Origin: a virus
Lineage: Duplodnaviria > Heunggongvirae > Uroviricota > Caudoviricetes
Length of the DNA stretch: 64,000 nt
IMG/VR virus record: IMGVR_UViG_3300035501_000173
Direction: 5' to 3' (one strand)
In this document: in pieces, positions 53,064 to 62,566 of the stretch
How positions within the stretch are numbered: the stretch's first letter is position 1
Layout: each line of letters starts with the position of its first letter
The notes under the pieces: model-generated
The model's database searches: none
Told to the model about the DNA's origin: nothing
Seen by the model: only the letters and a program-made list of their open reading frames with translations
Position numbers and translations under genes: made by a program

Positions 53064-54182
53064 TTACATTACAAATTTAAAAGGTTGTTTGCTGTTATCT
53101 AATACTACTTCTTTTATCTCTTCTTCTTTATCTATAGAATCTCCAATGATATAGGCTGGACTAGTAAATAGTGACCAGTCATTTACTTCCTCAGGTTTAG
53201 GCATATCATGCCAATAACCCATCTTACCAAAGAAATTCACACCTAATTCAATACTAGATGCTCCATCACGAGCTTTTTGTACTGTAATTACACGAAAATT
53301 ATCTTGCAATATTTTAATATCATACTTACTGTATGTTGCAAGCTTTTCTCTATGTGGATTAAAAATTGAGATAGCTACCTCACAATCCTGTGCTGGATTA
53401 CCAGAATCCTTTATATCGTTCAATGTAAGATTATTTAAACCTTGCTTCCTTCTCTCGATATTAGCGGAATCTCTATTAGTCTGCATAATCACTACGGGAC
53501 TAATACCACAAGCATTTCTCAACATTACTAATACTCTTGATACTGCATCTATTTCATTCTTTAATTGTGAAGCAGATGCTTTTACTAAACCAATATGATC
53601 TATAACCACATTATGAATTAGTTCTGGATCATTAGGAGCATACAGAATTTCTGCTTCGTCCCCTTTACCCTTAATATCAAGCTTACCAGTATTTTTTAAT
53701 TCATTTACTAACTTATTATACAAATAAGTAGCTGTACAAGTTTTATCATAGATTTTCACAATCTTCTTAGCTTGTTGCAGCCAGGGTTTACTCTCTTTTA
53801 GTAGGTCGTAATACTCATCACAGAGTCTATAGTTCTTCTTCCGAGAAAATATCTCTTTAGAAGATAATTCAATACCATAAGTATCGAATATATGCAAGCA
53901 TAATAGTCTTGCCCAAATAGTCTTCTCCGCCATTTCGAGCGAAAAATAAGTTACTTTAAACTTACCATCGTTAAAATGCTCTATCATCGGACTATATACA
54001 TAAGAAAACAAAGTTAATGAACTCTTACCATTACCAGTACCCGAATAGATTAGAGTATATGTTTTAGGACACACTCCATCTACCAAGCCTTCTAGTTTTG
54101 AAAGTCCCATTGAAAAACCTTGATTCTTACCTTCTCTACCTCTATCAATTTCTTGAAAGAGGTCGTCAATTGCGTCTATCAT
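53064..54182 (-). CDS. DnaB-like replicative helicase (RecA-like C-terminal domain).
   Basis: GFSMGLSKLEGL segment, Walker A motif YSGTGNGKSS and the DnaB H1a motif FSLEMA. Confidence 0.55.
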   Translation of the reverse strand: MIDAIDDLFQEIDRGREGKNQGFSMGLSKLEGLVDGVCPKTYTLIYSGTGNGKSSLTLFSYVYSPMIEHFNDGKFKVTYFSLEMAEKTIWARLLCLHIFDTYGIELSSKEIFSRKKNYRLCDEYYDLLKESKPWLQQAKKIVKIYDKTCTATYLYNKLVNELKNTGKLDIKGKGDEAEILYAPNDPELIHNVVIDHIGLVKASASQLKNEIDAVSRVLVMLRNACGISPVVIMQTNRDSANIERRKQGLNNLTLNDIKDSGNPAQDCEVAISIFNPHREKLATYSKYDIKILQDNFRVITVQKARDGASSIELGVNFFGKMGYWHDMPKPEEVNDWSLFTSPAYIIGDSIDKEEEIKEVVLDNSKQPFKFVM

Positions 54183-54787
54183 ATCATTTTAACTGCATTG
54201 TAATCAATGTTAGCAATATCACCATTACGAAGAGCTTCAAGTTCTTCCCAACGACGATCTACTACAAAGCTAGCTAACGTGAATTGAATGAATTGTGTAT
54301 TCTCTTTCGCCCAATTTAATAACTCCATAATCTTATTATGTGTTTCAGTATTCCAATTAATGGCTTTACCATAAGCACGATAAAAATCTTCTAGAGAATC
54401 AAACTTACGTGATATACCTCTAAGAGGCACACACGTTCCATTTATATTACCAAACATAGGATAGTTCTCAAACAATTCTTTTCCTAGCTCAAAAGAAGCT
54501 TTACAAAAGCCTCTCAGGAAAACTTTATTAAATTCAACAGCGATTGGGTCAAATGATTGTCCTTTTGCCGGAATTTTATAAGTCTTGTTGATTATACCTT
54601 TAGTTTGTAATGTAACTAGTATAGAACGAAAGTCACCGCGAACATCTTCGGGCAATGCGAAGTAGCGGTATAAATAAGAATCATCTTCTTCTTGTGCTAA
54701 AAGCAGAATTCGTATGACAAAAAGTTCATTAGGATTTAGGTGATATTTAGTAAATATACCCAATTCCTCATCAATCGTGTTAATCAA
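54179..54787 (-). CDS. Hypothetical protein.
   Basis: ORF of 202 aa. Confidence 0.5.
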   Translation of the reverse strand: MINTIDEELGIFTKYHLNPNELFVIRILLLAQEEDDSYLYRYFALPEDVRGDFRSILVTLQTKGIINKTYKIPAKGQSFDPIAVEFNKVFLRGFCKASFELGKELFENYPMFGNINGTCVPLRGISRKFDSLEDFYRAYGKAINWNTETHNKIMELLNWAKENTQFIQFTLASFVVDRRWEELEALRNGDIANIDYNAVKMI

Positions 54788-54899
54788 AACAGAATATTTA
54801 ACTTAAATAGTATTAATATTCTGTAGAATTGTTTATACCTCTTTCGAGGGCTTAGATACTACATAGTGGAAATAGGGTTATCTTAGACTTAATCTCTAT

Positions 54900-55259
54900 T
54901 TATGCACGGTAGTGCTCTATGGCTTCAATAATTAAATCACGATTCTGTACATCCTGCGGAACGAAACTATCAGGCTCTACAGTAGATGCAACTAATTTAC
55001 TTATTTTTATTTGTGTATCATAGTTGTATTTGCCAAGCCAACACAAGTAAGATGTTAAACATTTACGCCTGTGTTGTACCCGTTCTACTAAGTCTGGCAG
55101 TATCTTATCCTTAAATGCTTTTTCAATGATAAACTTTACATTAACTGATTTAGTCAAATCCCATAACTTAGGATCATCAATATCAAATGTTACTTTCATT
55201 TTAGAAACGGAATGTAAATTTTGAAATTGGTTTCTTATAAGTTTCATAAGGTTCACCAC
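54900..55259 (-). CDS. Hypothetical protein.
   Basis: ORF of 119 aa. Confidence 0.45.
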   Translation of the reverse strand: MVNLMKLIRNQFQNLHSVSKMKVTFDIDDPKLWDLTKSVNVKFIIEKAFKDKILPDLVERVQHRRKCLTSYLCWLGKYNYDTQIKISKLVASTVEPDSFVPQDVQNRDLIIEAIEHYRA

Positions 55260-56481
55260 GTAACACCTTCATAAGGTTATCAGCATCAATAGGAATGGAT
55301 GTAGTATCTTTGTGTGATTTCTCAAACCAAGATGTTTCTACAGTATTATTGAGTACAAAAGTAAATACTTCTGCAATCTTATTACCTTCCTTTCTAATAG
55401 CTCTTCCCTTACGTTGTATGTAACGTGTTGGTGAGGAATCATAACCTAGCATCACTGCTACATTAATTCCTGGAACATCTAGTCCTTCGTCAGCTTTTTT
55501 AACTGTATTAAGCACACCAGAGGACATTTTCGTAAATTCTTCGATAGTGATCCTACCTTTCTTTTTTGAATCTTTCCCTGTATATACATAGCCAATCCCA
55601 ATGGACTCAGCAATATCAGTAGTAGCAGAAAAAGTGATGATCTTTGCATTTGGACGAAACTTGATAATTTCACGAGTTAATTCGATTTTCTTAGGGTGAT
55701 TATTTATATACTTCTTTCTTGCTTGTAGTACTCTAGCAAAAGCAGTAGCATGATAAGTAATCAACTTCAGGGCATCTTTTTTATTTAGTTCTGGATTTAG
55801 AGCACATATATGCTCTCTATAGGCTAAACGAGCTTTATACCCATTCTTACCTAACATTTCCATTGCTACATCAAAATTATACATGAAAAATTCGAAGTGT
55901 TTATTAAACTCTGCTGAGAGATTTTTATACACATCTATATCATCTACATCTAACATTATTTTATATTCAACACTTTCAGCTACCCAGCCATTAGCAATAG
56001 CTTCTAGACTAGTTATTTTATCTACAACAGGACAATACTTATATAGTAATTCATGTTTACCATCAAGTCTTTCCATAGTTGCCGATAAAGCAAGAATAAA
56101 TCTGTATTTCACTTTATTAAATAAGGTGATATTTAAATCACTAGCATAACGATGCGCCTCATCTAATATTAGTAAATCTACATTATATTCATTCTTAATA
56201 AGTGTATTTATAATAACAACCTCAGATGTAAGTCCTAGTCCTTGTTTATCCAACTGTGTTATCCACTGTTTTTGCAAAGTCTCCGTAGGAACGACAACTA
56301 ATATACGTAATCCTGGAAATTTCTTATTAAGAACTGTGGCTCCCATAAGGGCAATTCTTGTTTTACCCATTCCGGTGGGAGCTAATATGGCTCCCTTACA
56401 TTTATTAGCTATCCAATATTTTAAAGATTCTTTTTGACGTTCAGTTCTAGTAAGTTTAGGAAATAAATCCTGTTCTTCCAT
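55201..56481 (-). CDS. SF2 DEAH-box helicase.
   Basis: Motif I APTGMGKT, motif II LILDEAH and motif III SAT. Confidence 0.7.
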   Translation of the reverse strand: MEEQDLFPKLTRTERQKESLKYWIANKCKGAILAPTGMGKTRIALMGATVLNKKFPGLRILVVVPTETLQKQWITQLDKQGLGLTSEVVIINTLIKNEYNVDLLILDEAHRYASDLNITLFNKVKYRFILALSATMERLDGKHELLYKYCPVVDKITSLEAIANGWVAESVEYKIMLDVDDIDVYKNLSAEFNKHFEFFMYNFDVAMEMLGKNGYKARLAYREHICALNPELNKKDALKLITYHATAFARVLQARKKYINNHPKKIELTREIIKFRPNAKIITFSATTDIAESIGIGYVYTGKDSKKKGRITIEEFTKMSSGVLNTVKKADEGLDVPGINVAVMLGYDSSPTRYIQRKGRAIRKEGNKIAEVFTFVLNNTVETSWFEKSHKDTTSIPIDADNLMKVLRGEPYETYKKPISKFTFRF

Positions 56482-56482
56482 T

Positions 56483-57349
56483 TTACTCTAACGCAATATT
56501 CTTTATCTCACATATTTGCTTAATTTCTTTAATCTTTTGCTCCCACAATTCTGCTTGCTTGTGAGCCTCATCCTCCAAACGAGGTAATACTTTATTCTTG
56601 AGAGTACTTAAAGCAATCTCACTAATATTCTCATAACGCTCATTCTTTAGATTATACATAGCTCTAAACTCCAAATAAGACAAACCGCCATTATAATCAG
56701 TATGAAGTTTTGTATCAGGTCTCAAGTCAAGATTATCAATTACTTGCTGAAGTCTATCCAATGGCTTACCATCAGCATCCTTCTTAGATAAGTAATCCTT
56801 AATCTCGTCTTTAGTAAACCAAAGACCCAATTTAGTAAGAAAGTTATTAGTAATATGCTTTCTCTTAAATACTCCTAAAGCAGAAAGACAGGCACTGAGT
56901 ACAATATCAATACTTAGATTCTTATACTCATCTGGGATCTCTATTAAATGGTTGACCGAAACCTTAGAGTAGGCACTTCTAGGAAGCTGCTCTTTTACCT
57001 CATCAGTATTCAAGTAATCAGTAAGAGATTTACGAAAATCGAGTGGAATAATTCCTTGCTTACGCAAATAACGCATGTACAACTCTGCATTACAACGAAC
57101 CTCTTGGTCACGAATGATATTAATCAATTCATAACGTCCTGGATCGTCTTTATCCGTGCTATTAAGCATAGACTGACAATGTGCATAGCATCTTTTCAAC
57201 TCATCTTCAGAAGCGTCTATAAGTTTAAACTCTTCTTGAACTCTCTTACCGTTAACAAACTTCTTAGGGCCTTTCCATACAAAGTTGTTTACATCACTCT
57301 TCTTACTTTCGATAGCTGCGGTCAGCTTATCTCCCAAAACTGTTGACAT
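56483..57349 (-). CDS. Hypothetical protein.
   Basis: ORF of 288 aa. Confidence 0.55.
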   Translation of the reverse strand: MSTVLGDKLTAAIESKKSDVNNFVWKGPKKFVNGKRVQEEFKLIDASEDELKRCYAHCQSMLNSTDKDDPGRYELINIIRDQEVRCNAELYMRYLRKQGIIPLDFRKSLTDYLNTDEVKEQLPRSAYSKVSVNHLIEIPDEYKNLSIDIVLSACLSALGVFKRKHITNNFLTKLGLWFTKDEIKDYLSKKDADGKPLDRLQQVIDNLDLRPDTKLHTDYNGGLSYLEFRAMYNLKNERYENISEIALSTLKNKVLPRLEDEAHKQAELWEQKIKEIKQICEIKNIALE

Positions 57350-57359
57350 ATATTAATTA

Positions 57360-57680
57360 TTATAGTTTATATTCATGATTTTTATCTATTACTTGCTTGT
57401 TAACGAATTTAATAAAATGTATTCCAGTATAATTATATGGTACAAAAGTATTACCATTAAACCAAGTATCTTTACCCGCTTCAACTTCTTTAAAAGTGAG
57501 GAAACCTTCCTCACCATTATACATTTCACGGTGATCCCAGTTAGGAAACTTTGTACACATAATATAACGGCTACCAAGTCTTGTTACTTCGTTATTATCT
57601 AACACATCAAAAACATAAGTAGTATAACCCAAAGAGTCTCCTTCTTGTGCTAATAATCTAACTCTTGTTGTGTAAATCAT
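57360..57680 (-). CDS. Hypothetical protein.
   Basis: ORF of 106 aa. Confidence 0.5.
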   Translation of the reverse strand: MIYTTRVRLLAQEGDSLGYTTYVFDVLDNNEVTRLGSRYIMCTKFPNWDHREMYNGEEGFLTFKEVEAGKDTWFNGNTFVPYNYTGIHFIKFVNKQVIDKNHEYKL

Positions 57681-57689
57681 AACTAAATA

Positions 57690-57860
57690 TTAAGATTCTC
57701 TCGTTTTATCTACATAATCAATACAACCTGCAATAGCAAAATCAGTCTTCATATTCTCAAATCCTCGAAAACATGGAGCCTTTTCACATTTAGCGCAGGA
57801 GCGATTATAATACATAATTTTAGAGGTTCTATTAGTTGGTAATCCTTTCTTTACAGGCAT
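57690..57860 (-). CDS. Small Cys-rich protein (~56 aa): MPVKKGLPTNRTSKIMYYNRSCAKCEKAPCFRGFENMK…
   Basis: Manual translation; the ORF is below the track cutoff. Confidence 0.3.
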   Translation of the reverse strand: MPVKKGLPTNRTSKIMYYNRSCAKCEKAPCFRGFENMKTDFAIAGCIDYVDKTRES

Positions 57861-58225
57861 ATAAGAACAATTAAGACAATGTTAAGAATACAACTACCAA
57901 TAGTAGCACTAGTAGCTGTTTTTACTTTTTTCTTCATCTTACTATTCTCATTTACGAGATTACTATTAATAGCTTCACAGTTATTATAACGCAATATTTG
58001 TAAAGAATCTAATTCTTCATACTGCCTTACTAGCGAATCATTCTTACTAAGTAGAACCTGATTAACAGAGTCTACTTTAGTAAGATAATCATATTGGTTA
58101 AATATGAGATTAGTTTGCTTTAATTGTAAGGGAGTCACCTGAAAACTTTGAGCGTAGGAATTCGGTGTAATACAACCAATCAGAATCACTAGATTGATTA
58201 ATAATTTCTTGAGCTTTTTCTTCAT
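57851..58225 (-). CDS. Lipoprotein-like protein (signal plus LIGC lipobox) with a coiled-coil and a C-terminal transmembrane segment. Candidate spanin-like protein.
   Basis: N-terminus MKKKLKKLLINLVILIGC. It overlaps the next ORF by 116 nt in another frame. Confidence 0.4.
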   Translation of the reverse strand: MKKKLKKLLINLVILIGCITPNSYAQSFQVTPLQLKQTNLIFNQYDYLTKVDSVNQVLLSKNDSLVRQYEELDSLQILRYNNCEAINSNLVNENSKMKKKVKTATSATIGSCILNIVLIVLICL

Positions 58226-58421
58226 ACTTTACTTTAATTAAAGTTTTTGTACTATAAATAGTATCTATCTGCTGTTTTAAGGTTTCTATATTATTATAGA
58301 TTGTATCAAGTACAACCTCTTGAACAACAGTAGGCTTTTTAGAAGCTCGTCCTACGTAATAGAAACTAGTAGCAATAACACACCAGCTTACTAAAACTCC
58401 GATAACAACTTTTGTTTTCAA
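58110..58421 (-). CDS. N-terminal transmembrane plus coiled-coil protein, candidate i-spanin-like.
   Basis: N-terminus MKTKVVIGVLVSWCVIATSFYYV. Confidence 0.4.
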   Translation of the reverse strand: MKTKVVIGVLVSWCVIATSFYYVGRASKKPTVVQEVVLDTIYNNIETLKQQIDTIYSTKTLIKVKYEEKAQEIINQSSDSDWLYYTEFLRSKFSGDSLTIKAN

Positions 58422-58424
58422 GTT

Positions 58425-58913
58425 TTATAGTTTCTTTACAATCTTATATTCCGCCGCAGCCTTTTCTTTAGCTAGCTTAGCCAATAACTTTGTCTCATAT
58501 TTAACTCGTGCATTATTATAGCCAATAACTACAGTTTCTGGATGTTTCTCAAAGAATTCCATCTCATGCTTAAGAATTGCTTCTACTACTGGAGTATTAA
58601 TCAATCCTATATTATTAACATAGAATACATGCACAGGTCTTTTAAGAGCCTTACCAATAGCAATCTCCTTACCTAGAGCCTCATTAAAGTCATCTTGAGG
58701 AGCACATACTGAAAACCCAATGCTAAGTCTTTTCTTAACTACGTCTTCTGGAGAATAATCCCATGCTGTTAATTTAGTAACCTTATACTCAATACCAATA
58801 GGAAGTACTTCACTAACAGCAGCAATTACATACTTACGTTCGTTACCTGCGTAGTCTACAAAAGAACCTACACGAGTCTCAATTGTTGATTTTTTCATTT
58901 TCGTTGTACTCAT
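58425..58913 (-). CDS. Hypothetical protein.
   Basis: ORF of 162 aa. Confidence 0.5.
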   Translation of the reverse strand: MSTTKMKKSTIETRVGSFVDYAGNERKYVIAAVSEVLPIGIEYKVTKLTAWDYSPEDVVKKRLSIGFSVCAPQDDFNEALGKEIAIGKALKRPVHVFYVNNIGLINTPVVEAILKHEMEFFEKHPETVVIGYNNARVKYETKLLAKLAKEKAAAEYKIVKKL

Positions 58914-59041
58914 TAATAAATCGAAATAATCTGTAACCTTTCCCTTTAACTATACGAGTTTTAGTATTCTTTATCTTAGTTTTGGTTTTTATGTATTTAG
59001 ACGAATATAGTCCAATCCAACCATCACCTTCAAAATATACA

Positions 59042-59515
59042 TCAATCTCGTACAACATCAGGATTATCTTTTTTAGCAGCTTTACGAGCTTCTTTACGAG
59101 CTTGCTTTTCTGCTTCTTTCTCTGCGTCTTTAATAGCTTGATTCTCAGAACTTACTGTCAGAATTGCGGATTTAACTTTAACTAAGTCATTCCAAGATTC
59201 TTGTGGTAAATCAAATAAAGCTAGTAACGCATTCTTCTCTCGCACCCAAGCGTTAAAATATTCAACTAAAGAAAGATCTCCTTTGCCAGCATAGATAGAT
59301 TTTTTATTACTTACTCTATACTGGATAATTGCTTTAACAGCACTTACAAGAGGCATACCATATCCATAGATTTTAAACTCTACAGATTCATTATCCTTTC
59401 CTTTATTAACTACTTTTGCTAAGTACAAATCGAACAAGCTACTAGCTTCATCCAACGATTTCAACGCAAAGTCATTACCTTTAATAATAATACCTTTTTG
59501 TTGAGATTCTGCCAT
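59042..59515 (-). CDS. Hypothetical protein with a Lys/Ala/Glu-rich C-terminus.
   Basis: ORF of 157 aa. Confidence 0.5.
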   Translation of the reverse strand: MAESQQKGIIIKGNDFALKSLDEASSLFDLYLAKVVNKGKDNESVEFKIYGYGMPLVSAVKAIIQYRVSNKKSIYAGKGDLSLVEYFNAWVREKNALLALFDLPQESWNDLVKVKSAILTVSSENQAIKDAEKEAEKQARKEARKAAKKDNPDVVRD

Positions 59516-59516
59516 A

Positions 59517-59792
59517 TTAAAATTCTTTAAATAATACTGAATTAACTTTTATCTGCTCATGCCCAGCATAAATAAATCCCCAATGTAAGGATACTACAAA
59601 TATGTTGAGAATAGGCACTAGTGAAGTTAGTACGAGAAATATTGCCAGTACAATAGGAAATTTAAACTTCCTATATACAGGTTGGTTATTCTCGTCCATA
59701 TGATCTAAGAAATAAGTTCTAAACAACAATAGATATGTTGAATAGAGGCAGGCAAAAACACAAACCCACCAAAGAATTATTCCAGCATTCAT
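59517..59792 (-). CDS. Small multi-transmembrane protein, holin candidate.
   Basis: 91 aa with 2-3 hydrophobic helices. Confidence 0.4.
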   Translation of the reverse strand: MNAGIILWWVCVFACLYSTYLLLFRTYFLDHMDENNQPVYRKFKFPIVLAIFLVLTSLVPILNIFVVSLHWGFIYAGHEQIKVNSVLFKEF

Positions 59793-59864
59793 AAGTTCAA
59801 GTTTTCACTGCTAAATAAACAACTGCAATAAATATTACTAAAATAAAAATTTTTAGTACTATCA

Positions 59865-60680
59865 TTACTTAACACCAATCATTAAATTAGTTCCATTAGT
59901 TCCAGTAAGAGTAGTAGGAAGTTTACCATCCCACTTCTCAATCCAGTCTTCCGCTACAATTCTTTCACTTAACGATTCAGCAATAGTACGATTGTAGTAT
60001 GCTTCACCATCAGCTTTAATTCTCATAGCTTCAGCTTTTCCTTTAGCTTCTGCAATAGCTATTTTAGCATTTGCTTCAGCCTCTTTCACTTCATTTTCTG
60101 CTTTAAGAGATGCTTGAACAGCTCTATTCTTAGCATCAATCATTTCAGCTAATGCTGACGGAGGTGTAATTGCTGATGTAAATTCATCTACAATAAAGCC
60201 TTCTTTTTGCATAGAGATTTCCAAACGATGTCTTACATCGGCCTCAAATTGTGCTCTATGGGACATTAATGAATCTGAAGTATAAGCATTAGCACATGTT
60301 CTATATGCTTCATATATACAAGTGCGAATATAACCAGTTTCCAACTCCTCTATAGGCTTACGATACTTTCTAAAAATATCACAAGCTTTTGCAGGATTAA
60401 TGTGGTATGCTATTTGAGGATCCATTGTAAATGTGGACGCATCTTTAGCATTTACCGTAAATGGTTCATAGTGTTTTCTTTGTACAGTAATGGGATACGT
60501 AAATACAGATTCAGCCCAAGGCCAATAAAATACCCATCCACTACATGTTCCTTCTACACCACCATAATTTTCACTAGAGCTAGACCATTTATGAAACTTA
60601 ATTCCTACAGATCCAGAATCTACAGCTGTACAACTAGTTAATGCAAGAATACTTGCAAATGCAAAATACTTAATTTTCAT
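59865..60680 (-). CDS. Lipoprotein (LTSC lipobox), possibly SPFH/band-7-like.
   Basis: Signal peptide MKIKYFAFASILALTSC. The C-terminus is an Ala/Glu/Lys-rich helix. Confidence 0.5.
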   Translation of the reverse strand: MKIKYFAFASILALTSCTAVDSGSVGIKFHKWSSSSENYGGVEGTCSGWVFYWPWAESVFTYPITVQRKHYEPFTVNAKDASTFTMDPQIAYHINPAKACDIFRKYRKPIEELETGYIRTCIYEAYRTCANAYTSDSLMSHRAQFEADVRHRLEISMQKEGFIVDEFTSAITPPSALAEMIDAKNRAVQASLKAENEVKEAEANAKIAIAEAKGKAEAMRIKADGEAYYNRTIAESLSERIVAEDWIEKWDGKLPTTLTGTNGTNLMIGVK

Positions 60681-60834
60681 TCTTCTTTAAATACTTAAAT
60701 GTTCGTCGTCCTCTATCATCTTTATTGTACCACAATACAATACTTCCGTCATCTAGTACATCTACGTACGGTTCATAATACAATCCAAGAATTATCAAAA
60801 CTCCTAGAATTGCTCCAATTAAACATACAATCAT
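60670..60834 (-). CDS. Small membrane protein (~54 aa).
   Basis: Manual translation gives MIVCLIGAILGVLIILGLYYEPY… It has an ATGA overlap with the upstream small ORF. Confidence 0.3.
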   Translation of the reverse strand: MIVCLIGAILGVLIILGLYYEPYVDVLDDGSIVLWYNKDDRGRRTFKYLKKNEN

Positions 60835-60944
60835 TTTCTTTTAACGCTACCAGGTCTTGTTGAAGCTGCTTGATCCTTATTATTCAAACGATCCCAAGCT
60901 GCTTGGCGTGCTTTGAGGCGTGCAACCATTTTCTTGTACTTCAT
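60831..60944 (-). CDS. Tiny basic peptide (37 aa) with GC-rich, host-like codons.
   Basis: Manual translation gives MKYKKMVARLKARQAAWDRLNNKDQAASTRPGSVKRK. Confidence 0.25.
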   Translation of the reverse strand: MKYKKMVARLKARQAAWDRLNNKDQAASTRPGSVKRK

Positions 60945-60961
60945 AAAACGAATTTAATAAA

Positions 60962-61396
60962 TTAGTTAATAATCTCATGACTTGCTTCTACAGCTAATCT
61001 ATCACAATAGTTATTCCAGTAAGTATGTTCTTTATCATCTTTCTGGTGTCCACGTATATGAACACCAGTAATATTAGGACATAGCTTACTAAGAGTTTCC
61101 CAATCCTTATCAAATAATTGCCAAAGTTGTACATTTCTCTTTCTTTTGAAATTTTTGAATATACAACCTAAACAATATTCTGAATCAGAATAGATTGTAA
61201 TGGATTCTACAGGCTTTTTAAATGCTCTTATAGCCATTAAAATAGCTAAGATTTCGGCAGTATTATTAGTGCCACCTTTCCAACCTTTAGAAAACTCCAT
61301 TACTTTAACTCCATTCTTTAGAATAACGAATGCGCTCCCACCTTGTTTGCGGGAAGACGAATATGCTCCGTCTGTGTATATAACATAATCGTTCAT
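60962..61396 (-). CDS. rnhA: Ribonuclease H (RNase HI family).
   Basis: YTDGAY…GGSAFV, TNNTAEILAILMAI and YSDSEY motifs. Confidence 0.75.
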   Translation of the reverse strand: MNDYVIYTDGAYSSSRKQGGSAFVILKNGVKVMEFSKGWKGGTNNTAEILAILMAIRAFKKPVESITIYSDSEYCLGCIFKNFKRKRNVQLWQLFDKDWETLSKLCPNITGVHIRGHQKDDKEHTYWNNYCDRLAVEASHEIIN

Positions 61397-61647
61397 TTTA
61401 AAAACATTTTGGCTTCACTCATATTACTACGATGTTTCTCTACAAATGCAGCTCTATCCTCAGAACTGTAGAAATATAACACACAGTCTGGTTCATCCAA
61501 ACCATCTCCGTACAACCAATCATTGATTCTGTTATACCATTGTACCGTATAATAACGATTTCTAGGAGTAGCATTATTAATATACTTCTGCCAAGCTTCA
61601 ATTACTTTCTCTAAACAGTACAAATTACCTTTAAGATTTTCTTTCAT
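61393..61647 (-). CDS. Hypothetical protein.
   Basis: ORF of 84 aa. Confidence 0.45.
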   Translation of the reverse strand: MKENLKGNLYCLEKVIEAWQKYINNATPRNRYYTVQWYNRINDWLYGDGLDEPDCVLYFYSSEDRAAFVEKHRSNMSEAKMFLK

Positions 61648-61694
61648 ATTATTTTAGTTTATATAAAAATAGCTGGATGTTACTCCAGCTTTAG

Positions 61695-61766
61695 TTGAAT
61701 ACAGAGGAGTCGAACCTCTACTAGTAGAACCAAAATCTACTGTGCTAGCCATTACACAAGTATTCA
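61695..61766 (-). tRNA. tRNA-Gln (anticodon UUG).
   Basis: Manual cloverleaf: acceptor TGAATAC/GTATTCA, D-arm GTGT…GCAC, anticodon stem GTAGA/TCTAC with loop TTTTGGT (anticodon TTG), T-arm AGAGG-TTCGACT-CCTCT. CCA is not encoded. Confidence 0.7.
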
Positions 61767-61804
61767 GTTGGGGCTTGATAGGAATCCGCACAAGCCTAAA
61801 TATC

Positions 61805-62329
61805 TCAGTCTTTTTCGTACTTTCCATTTCGCATAAGCTGATATTCTCTAGCTCTACGAATTTTATGTCCTCTTAATGGACATTTAAGAGTTTTGACTGC
61901 TGCTAAAGCATAGTCTAAATCCTCTTGTTTGAAAGTACTATCATTGACAGTTCTACAATTAAGTAGACGGTGGTAAAATGTTGACCTCGCTACACCATAC
62001 TCTCCACAGTTGTACACTAAACTTCCAAGGCCGTCAATAAAACCTTGTGAATATTTAATTTTACTGGGTAACTTACTAAGAAGCCTATCCACCGATTTGT
62101 TAACCGCTGCAATATCCTGAACGAATAATTGCTCTGCTTTCTCTTTGCTAATTCGTTTATAGGTTTCACCCTTCTTTAAAAGGTGTCCATAACCGATTTG
62201 ACGATGATTGTCTACGACTAATAACAGACCTTCATGCTCTTTAATGAACTTTTGTCCATTAGGAGAGATTTGATGAGCACTAGCGAATAAACAAGTTAAG
62301 AAAAACAGGATAATTAATTTCAATTTCAT
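61805..62329 (-). CDS. Endolysin, GH24 (T4-lysozyme-like) muramidase with an N-terminal signal or SAR sequence.
   Basis: Catalytic motif EGLLLVVDNHRQIGYGH. N-terminal hydrophobic segment MKLKLIILFFLTCLFASA. Confidence 0.7.
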   Translation of the reverse strand: MKLKLIILFFLTCLFASAHQISPNGQKFIKEHEGLLLVVDNHRQIGYGHLLKKGETYKRISKEKAEQLFVQDIAAVNKSVDRLLSKLPSKIKYSQGFIDGLGSLVYNCGEYGVARSTFYHRLLNCRTVNDSTFKQEDLDYALAAVKTLKCPLRGHKIRRAREYQLMRNGKYEKD

Positions 62330-62361
62330 ATTATTTGTAGTTGGTTATTATCTAAAGCTAA

Positions 62362-62416
62362 GTTGGGGGAAGTGTGGGAATCGAACCCACATTATATACC
62401 ATACTTCCAAAATACC
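62362..62416 (-). ncRNA. tRNA-like acceptor/T-arm minihelix or a tRNA 3'-half remnant. It is not a complete tRNA.
   Basis: Minus-strand read is GGAAGT-ATGGTATATAAT-GTGGG-TTCGATT-CCCAC-ACTTCC. This is a perfect T-arm with the TTCGATT loop and a 6-bp acceptor-like stem. No D-arm or anticodon arm lies within a plausible distance. Confidence 0.3.
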
Positions 62417-62566
62417 TTTCTGCCTAGTATTTCTACTATTCTGATACCTATTTAAATTGCGCAATTTTCTCGGTCAGTACCAGTAAAAGACTCCCTACGA
62501 TTTAAAGCTTATTACGTAGTTTACCGTCTTTGCAATGCCGTATGAGATTTCCCAGCGATACCCTTA

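Noticed and set aside
62362-62416. Second full tRNA gene.
   Set aside because: Only an acceptor-like stem plus a T-arm are present. No D-arm or anticodon arm and no matching 5' acceptor strand lies within a tRNA-compatible distance.
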